64,000 nt of DNA from Spongospora subterranea f. sp. subterranea (lineage: Eukaryota), in the NCBI GenBank assembly GCA_049724395.1, contig JAUGWO010000060.1:62001-126000 (forward strand). The letters run 5' to 3'. Positions 55,660 to 64,000 of this stretch are shown one piece after another. A program made the translations under genes and the position numbers. The notes below the pieces were generated by a model that was not told where the DNA came from, searched no databases, and saw only the letters and a program-made list of their open reading frames with translations. The stretch's first letter is position 1. Each line of letters opens with the position of its first letter.

Positions 55660-57618
55660 CACGCCCACGACCAACTACAGGAAAATAACGACAATATTCG
55701 TATTCCAGTCCGATTATAAGCGCGCGGCTGTAACCTTTCAGGTACACTGACCCGTATCGTGTTGACAAGGAAAGACAATGTCGCTCCTCTCTCAACAACT
55801 TGGCGTCGAAACGGAGACGCGGAAGGGATCAAGATTGTGTCCATAGGATACAGTGGGGAAGATTCTTTCTCGGCCATCGACTCTTGGGCCCGGCAGTCCG
55901 GCCACCCGTCGACCCGTTGAAGGCCACGCAGGAGGCGACATCCATCAACCTGCACTTTGAAAGTTTCCAAAAAAACAAACAAACATCATTTCATAGTATT
56001 CGCGTTGGGGAGCTCATCTCTGTGAAGTAATACGCCGAAGGCACCGATTCCTTGAAAACGTGACGTTTTGATCAAACCGATATGTTGTCGAGAGTTCGTA
56101 AGAATTCCTGGTCGGAATTCACCAATCCTATACAGGAATTTTATAAATTCGCAGGTCGTCATGGCATAAAACATCTGACGATCGATGACAGCAAACGGGA
56201 AGTCCACCCCGTTCAAGGTGTAGTTCTCTTAACTTATCAAGCAATAGTTATGCGAAGACCAAATGCATTTTCCGAGTTGATGCGGAATTGGAGCATTCCT
56301 GCTTCAACCAAAATCATTCTATATATAGGGCATTCGGCAGTCGAGATGAAGCTGAGTTTTACAAGATTGTCCCTGAAGAAATTCAGTACTCGATGGGATT
56401 TCGGTCTGGCTCTGTCGACCAAAACTACGACGGTGCGCACGCTGCGATCTGGATTCCCTGAATGCTCCAGATATTCAGAGCCTCAACAAGAAGGTATTCT
56501 CGCTGTGAACGTTCATGTTGATCCGGTCCTGAAATCACATTCCCTTTTGACAGTATTGAACTCGTGACGCTTTACCAACCTCGGAACATTCAACCCTTAA
56601 ATCCCCTATAACCCTAAAATCTTAAATCTTTCCTTCAGGATTCACCGATCAGTGCAAAGCCACATAACAAGATAAATGTTAGAGCTCTTGCCGTTGCTGG
56701 AACACAAACCAATTGTTGTTTTCTACTGCAATCGGTTAAACATCAAGTTGCTATATCCTTTAACTTGGCTTCGATTGATGTCAAAATGCTCGAGAGAAAG
56801 GATGCAACTCGAACCGGGATATTGACACCACTCTTATCGTATTTCGACGGAGCAGTCAAAAGCACCGTAAAGAACTATTCAGATCACGCCGTTAATCAGA
56901 ACAAGGTCTTGAAAGCAATTTTATCTCTTAGACCAACCAGCTTTAGGTTTCCGTTCGTCTCTTTAGTTTGTCTTCAAATTGTTTATCTGTATACTGAATT
57001 AGGATATCCTCGAATAGAGGATCTAAGTAATCGGTTCAGCATGCTCTGATGAACTGGAGTCTAACCACCTGGGCGTCTTGGATAATCAGACACGGTGCTC
57101 ACAACTAAGTCTAAGCAGTCAAGGCGTATCTTTTTAACTTGTTCTAGATTAGCGGCGAGATCAGTCTTGAATTTTCGAAAATCCTCGGGAAAAAGGATCA
57201 AGATCAAGTCATCTTGCAGTTAACCAAGTTTTGTGCTTTGCAATATCGGCATTTGGTGTTTTGCGGGATCTTTGGTTTAGGCGAGCAGGGCGAGCCGTTT
57301 TCTGTGCGCCCAAAACATGTTATGAAGAACGGTGGTGTTGTTTTAGTATGGATGTGAGAAAGATCTTTCTTGGTTGATTGCAAGATGGCTTGATCTTGAT
57401 CCCTTTTCAGGTCAGCTTTACGTTTCCGTTCGTTTTTTTTAGTTTGTCCTTAAATTGTTTATCTGAATACTGCAACCCAAGGTCATGTGCAATCGTTGTT
57501 CATGTTCATCAACAAAAACTGAATCCATACCGATTTCCTGAGTTTCGGTCAAATCGAATCAAGATATTATCAACTGATTGTCGTCCGTACCTTGGTTTTG
57601 CCATATGGTTGTGCAGCA

Positions 57619-59024
57619 ATGCGGCATCTGCCATATTGGGCACTATATTGCCTAACCTGTTGCCGATCGTGTCGATCATGTTTGCACCGTCGGCCAGGCC
57701 TGATCCGGGCACCGTCGCCGCCGGTCTCCCCCAGCTGCATCTCGTCGCGAGGCGGTCCGGTTCGCATCACGACCGAGTTGAGCCAGGACGCGACCGGGTT
57801 GGTGAACCAATACAAGATCGTGGCGCCAATCGGGGAAGGCTCAACCGGCACTGTATCATTGGCGAGAAGTATCTCTGATGGTCACGATTATGTACGATCA
57901 CCTTTGTTGAAATCCCGAACGTTTCTTGTCTTGACTTTTGATTGGAAACTGTCATTTGATGGGCGGATTTGCTAATGCTGATGGGCAGGCGCTGAAGTTG
58001 TTGAGTAAATCTCGGTTAGCTGGACTCGTCGACAATCGGTAAACCCGATGTGTATAAGAGCGTTCGCGAAGTTGCCATTATGCGTCGCCTATCGCCGCAT
58101 CCCAATATCGTCACCTTATTTGAGGTTATCGACGACCCATTAAGCGATCAACTTTATCTCGGTTGGCGGTGCGCGTCCCGGTTCATTCCGACAATGTTGA
58201 ACTGGTTTGTTGACAGTGTTAGAATACGCCCCGAATGGGACCCTATCATCGCTCGTAGATGTTGCTGGTGCAATGCGCCTTGATGAGCAGCAACTGCATA
58301 GCTATATGGTCGACATTGTCGATGGATTACACTATCGTTAGTCTGCAAAAATTCAGCGTCCAACACCACTAAACAGAATTTGCAGTTCACTCTCACAACA
58401 TTGTCCATCGCGATCTCAAGCCAGGTATAACAGACGATTCCGCCGTTTCCATAAATCGTCCCGCCAATTTTAAGTACGATATTTACAGAAAATCTGTTGA
58501 TCAGCGATGGGGAACATATCAAGATCTCGGATTTTGGTGTGGCACAACTGCTGCACTCGGCAAAAACATCAGCACCAGAGAAAAGAAGGAGTCGCCGCAT
58601 CAGCGGGACGCCGGCGTTCGCTTCGCCGGAACTTGTCACAGATCCGATGGGGAACTGGGATCGCCGCGGGATCGACATCTGGGCATTGGGTATCACGTTG
58701 TTCCGCCTGATGCATGGAAAGATGCCAGCCAGAGGGAAAAGCATCATAGACAACTACATATCGATCGCGAGTGAGGCGACACCTTCCGAGTGCGGCGCCA
58801 ACACGGCCATCGCGTACTCGTCGGACCTACACGACCTCTTAAAATCTATGCTGGAGCGCGATCCGGAGCGTAGGATTACCATCAACGGAGTGCGCGACCA
58901 TATCTGGATTGCCGGAAATCCCATGTTGGAAGGAAGGACGACGCTAACTGAACCCATTACTACCAGTGGTGCTGGCGCATCGGAAGACAACATGTCGTTT
59001 CCGTCTGCGTACCCGGATCTATAA
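57619..59024 (+). CDS. CaMKK/SAK1/GRIK-like Ser/Thr kinase, multi-exon
   Basis: VNQYKIVAPIGEGSTGTV, ALKLLSKSR, REVAIMRRLSPHPNIVTLFEVIDDP, HRDLKP|ENLL, KISDFGVA, GTPAFASPE, DIWALGITLF. Confidence 0.88.
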
Positions 59025-59589
59025 CGTAACACGTTGCAGAGCCTACGTTTCCCAACTCTGCAAGTCCAACGTGGCGGGTATGAACCCGTAACGATGAAAT
59101 TCCGTCGGCAATTGTAACTTCAAATGGGGTGTGTTAGAAATGCGATCACGTTACTGGGTCCCATATAGGTCTAAAATATATATACACGATCTTAGCGTTG
59201 TCAGTAATCGTTTAGAGCAACCCTGGGATGTGAAGATCCACTCCAGCCTCGAGGGCAAACTCAATCACCCATGATTTATATGGGATTCAGCTCTGGCTCT
59301 GCAGGTTCTGTTTTAGGTTGGGGATGGAATGTGGCGGCGTCTCAAATCATAGCTGCACCTCGCGCCAAAGGTCGAAAACTTTGAATATACGAGGGTGCTG
59401 GACCCATTTCTGTTAGCCCCAAGGCTTCGATTTCATTTTGATGGGCGCTCATGTCCCACCAAGTCATGCAACAAAGCGGTCCTTCAACACCGATCCGCAA
59501 TTTTAAAAACCCGTGCAAATTTGCCTTGCTGGTTGATAGCCGAAATCAATTCACATAAATCTCTTCGTTTTGGAATACAACGTTTTAGC

Positions 59590-60124
59590 TCAAGCGTGTG
59601 AGGTTCTATCTATTCCTGCGTCGTTTCTGGAAAAGAGGAGGATTTTTTTTTCGGAAAGACAATCGTGTAGGATTTTGAAACTGGACTCCCAAATCGAGCC
59701 GTTGTTGAATGCAATGTTTTCAGCCGTAGGAATTACGTTGGGAACGAAGTTCATTCGTCTGAAGTCAAACCTCCGTTTCTTTTGAGCATTGGTACTACTG
59801 TAGCTGATCATGAACCAGAACAGTTTCTCAGCTGTCGGTTTTTATGAATTTCTATGTTGATTACAATGATTGGAGGCCTTATATAATCTGGGAAAGGCTC
59901 CGTCTGCCTGGTGGGGCGCTCTTCACATCCCGTGTGTATCGTGGTGCCGGAGTATCGCCATCATCATCACTGAACGAGTCGCGGAATGTGGCCACCATGG
60001 TGGGCGCGTTGATCTCCACACTAATCTCGTTCTGATGCGAGTCCGGATCGACCGGTGCTGGCTCCTCGGCATTGACATTGTACAGACGATCCAGCAGCGC
60101 GTATGAGTACTGCTCCACTGACAC
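59590..60124 (-). CDS. Hypothetical protein (possibly two exons)
   Basis: ORFs 59879-60124 and 59590-59811 are protein-like and separated by an intron-sized gap. Confidence 0.35.
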
Positions 60125-60130
60125 ATATTT

Positions 60131-62391
60131 TCAATTCCAAACTGACTTGTTCCGCAAAGCAGTTTGTTTGATGGAGATATCATGTCCTCCAATACATAAA
60201 CTCATTTCAAAGAATATTTTACAACCAGAAATATTCTGAAACCGATATAGACACCAATCAGAGCACAACAAACCATTAAAAAAGATAAACGCACAACATG
60301 CATTTTGATTGCGAAGACAGGGAAATAATTTCGCTGAACACTTGGAATTCTGTGGTACTTACGAGTTCGTAGCTGATCGAGAAGGTCCCCTGTGGGTGAA
60401 TCCACTGAGCTAGGAAGAAATGAGCCGCCAACATTTATCAATATTCGATCGACCGGTCCCCTCAGCGTCTGAATCCGTTCGCTCAACGCGACCTGAGATT
60501 GCTCCAGCGACTGATGTAAAAATCAACAACAATTCAAAGACTTTGCGGATCCATCCTGACCTCAATCCGATTCTGCATTGCGGTGATTGCGTTTGATATG
60601 TTGTTTTTTTGGATTCCGCGAGCTCGTGAATGGCTTTGTGAATCAGGAACGAAATTGGTTGGCACTGCCACGATGGAGTTGGCGTAGAATTCCGCCCCAC
60701 CCAACTCCAGCATCTGTTGGCGAAGTTCGTCCATCAGCTCAAAGTTGGCGTAATTTCGTTCTTCAGCGTCCTGTAGCAGGAAGGCCAAACGATCCAGCTC
60801 GATCCCTCCTAGAGTGGTACACAGCGACGCCATTGTCCGATTCATTATCGCCAATCGGTGCTGAGTGCTATGAATATTGGCAGCTAACGCAGCTCGTGTC
60901 CACCGAGCCCGCGAAATCTGTTGAGAAGTCGCTTAGTAAGGCCCTGCGTTGAACTGCGACAACATCGAACAATATCATTGCTCAGAGCAATATTGTAAAG
61001 CTGGCATAGAATCGTTGAATATAATTGGCAACGCTTCGCTGACCTTGCGCTTCATGACTTGCTCTCCTTTCAGAACTCGGACATTGAGAATGGCATCGTC
61101 GCCAGGATGCTTAGGAAGTCGATGGATGAGTGAGGTCTTGTCTGTTGTCAACTGATCGTTGACTTTTTTCTGGTAGAAGTCCTCATAACGCGAAAACATC
61201 GTTTGCTGGAGACGGTCTGATTCCATCACGTTGACCAGTACCAGCCATCTCCTCTCGAAATCGTCGAAATCACGATGCATCTCGTGCAATGACTGTTGCA
61301 ATGAGGCACGTGACGACAGTCTCCCGTCTACAATCATCATCGACCGCCGGAGAGCGTCACCAATCATTGACCAACGCGTCTTCTGATCGCGGTCCAACTG
61401 CTGGCAGACCCCCATGAGCAGGGACGCCTCTTTATGTGCTGTTTCTGATTGTAATCGCAGCGCCCTCACAGTCGTATCGGTCTAGCAACAGGTCCAAACA
61501 AAACGTTAATATCTGTCAACAACAGAACGCAAATATGGTTCAAACATCAGTTGTTTTGACCTGTGGTGCAGCTGCACCGTGAAAACTTGTTATGAAAAAC
61601 TCAGACACACGTTACAAGGTATCGGCCAGGCGGCCGATGCAACGTTACCGGCCAGCACCGTCAGGGAAAAACGATTGAGAAGGCAAACCGTTACCTGGTT
61701 GATTGCTGTCAATGCATGCGCTTGTCGTTTTTCTAGTTTGTTTCCGAGCGCGTTCCGCTGTTTGCTATCGTCGCGCCAAAGTTGGGCCTTCTGCTCATGC
61801 ACGATGCGCGTCTCCATTTCTTCGATGCTCAGCTCCAGCTGACACAGCGTCAGACGAGCTTCGTGAACGGCAGCCTCTCCACTTCGCTGTCGTGCTCTAG
61901 TAGCTCCTCCAACTATAAATTCGCTGGCTTTAAAAAACGCTTGACGTACTATGGGTGATGGGAACATTCTTCACATTTGCCCCCTTTGCGATCGCGCAAC
62001 AAGGGTCCAAAACAGAACAGTGGTGTTGCTAATTCTTAACTCAAGAGTTAGAAAACAGATTTGAAAACTTCACAGCGGCAATGATCAGATTCCCTGATAA
62101 TAAGCAGTGGTTCTGGATAAAAAACAAGCCGGAAATTACGCGGTCATTGAGATGGGTTGGCTTGAAATGCTGGGCGTCCAACACTTTGACGATCATATCG
62201 TCGCGTAGGCGAGCGTTATCATCTGCCATACGTTGAATCTGTTGACGTTGTTGCACGCCTTCCATATGCGACGATCGATCTGTTGACCAGGACGCCAACG
62301 ATCGGTACTGCTGACGAACATCGACTGCATCAGCCAGCGTTGGGCCAATAACGATCTGAGAAGTATTGGGTCCAGCTGTGGAGCACGCCAT
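60131..62391 (-). CDS. Multi-exon coiled-coil protein of unknown family
   Basis: Successive heptad-rich exons (QQIQRMADDNARLRDD; LCQLELSIEEMETRI; LQQSLHEMHRDF) with GT-AG introns; 3' end uncertain. Confidence 0.55.
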
Positions 62392-62610
62392 TTTTGTCAA
62401 TAAATTGCCGATGTGGTACACCAGTTGATCATGATTGAGTGTCCCAACATGATAGAACAAGGTTTGGTGCCGTTTCTTCAATCGAACACAAGATTTGGCA
62501 CATACCGCCAAAACACTCATTACACAGCAGACAACTCGACTGTTTGTCACGCTGATAAACGCTGTAGTAATGCAGAACTGCATGAATAAATAGTTTATTA
62601 GACACCGCGA

Positions 62611-64000
62611 CTATCGGTGCTTTGGTGCTATGGTACTCCTAAGACCATGGAGAGTGAGTTTTACTGCTCGAGCGGTCGCAATAGTTGGCTGTAAAACGGC
62701 TCTGGGAATGCCTCGTACTAGCGATGAGACTGTGGCGATAGGTCCATCGCGCTCTCTCCAATGTTGCAGTGGAATTCCGACGATGTTGTGTGAGACTTGA
62801 CGCAGACCTAACGCTAAGGACGCGTGCGCTTGGCGGAGACCATCGTGGAATGAGTGAGGGCGACTAGCACGATGGCGTCGAGCATCGTTACATTGTGGCC
62901 AGATCGAATCCACGCCTTCCAGAACTCCTGCAAGATTTATACAAAGATTATTTACGTATTTGTCCACCCTAGCAGATGAAAGCAATCTTTCAAACCAAGA
63001 GAGTTGAAAGCGTGTTATCAAATATGATTTGAAATTAAGCGACAATATATGTAGGAAGCCATGGTGATCAATAGCGTTCAGCTCAGTGCTTGAGTACTTA
63101 CGCTGTGCTCCAGATACGATGAGCATCGCCAGGCTTAATGTCTCAACAGTGACCTGTTTGGCAGCCCGGGCCGTATGCACAGGAGACGGCAGACCATCCC
63201 TGCGATCCAGGTAGTGGTATGGGACGAACATCAGATCCCGCATGCCACAACCGAACTGAACCACAGACCGGAATGGAACAATCCCACCAATATACCTACA
63301 ATACATCAATCAGACTCCTCAATCACGAACACGCACAACAAAAAAAAAACAGGAATTATGGCACCAAACACCGTAAAAACTTATAAAGAACACCAGGTTA
63401 CTTTTGGAATTGATAGCGGGCAATGCTTTCGGCCCAAATCTCGAAAGCTGTGGACATAACTCGTGCATATCCGGATACACCGCGCAGCTCGATACGGTCA
63501 AGATCGAACCGGACGTCCCGTAACGGGAACCTGCGTCATTCCGCAAATGGCATTAGTCACGATACGATGAATAGCCGGGCGCATAACGTTACAGCTGCAA
63601 TAACCGTAAAATCTCCCCATTCTTTAGCACATCCCCACCATCCACGTTACTGGGCCAATAATCGATCGTAACGCTAGTCGAAGCGCATTCGAAAAAGTGC
63701 ACATAGGCGACCGGGTCCTGGCACGCGTTCAATTGCACAACATCGTCCTCGACGGCCGTTGCCGTGATGGTGTCGATCAGCCCAGCCGAGGCTGCACCGA
63801 ACGCAATCAGAAACCGGACGACGCTGGCGTCAATTTTGAAACGCAATGGAGCCACGCGCAGCGACACTCGATGTTCGGGAATTGACGACGACAATGCATC
63901 ACATGTGATGACAAGCGCAAACTCAGAGGACGATTTCTAAGTATAACGTTAGATTAAAAATATTATGTGGCGACGTCGCTACCGGTTCCGCTTCCATAAA
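62611..64000 (-). CDS. ATG2: Autophagy-related protein 2, 3' part (continues beyond the window)
   Basis: PEHRVSLRVAPLRFKID, VTIDYWP, GGIVPFRSVVQFGCGMRDL, and the ATG_C region PHSFHDGLRQAHASL...VRGIPRAVLQPTIATARAVKLTLHGLRSTIAP. Confidence 0.9.

Overview
Gene-dense eukaryotic DNA, read by eye with no database searches. Many short (~45-100 nt) GT-AG introns fragment most genes in the ORF track. A secreted CBM18+CE4 chitin deacetylase, a ciliary enkurin-domain gene and very compact spacing suggest a flagellated, chitin-using protist such as a plasmodiophorid (inference only). Recognisable genes: CPSF30/YTH1, a SNAP-25-type SNARE, two Ser/Thr kinases (CAMK-like, CaMKK-like), a type II PI4-kinase, a PH-domain protein, a Coa1/Tim21-like protein, an SH3+multi-LIM protein, MED15, CBM18-CE4, a DH-PH-FYVE-SH3 RhoGEF, ISCA1, GCP5, a CHD6-9-like remodeller with zf-CW, ENKD1, a longin/roadblock-like protein and the 3' end of ATG2. 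The most unusual region is ~8.4-15.2 kb: a spliced gene built from a 39-nt (13-aa) tandem repeat inside a thrice-duplicated ~1.2-1.4 kb unit, with many frameshifts and a C-terminal C2H2 finger. At 31-34 kb there is a decayed Ty3/Gypsy remnant preceded by a strongly base-paired three-way-junction element, followed by a pseudogene. Boundaries of spliced genes are manual and approximate.
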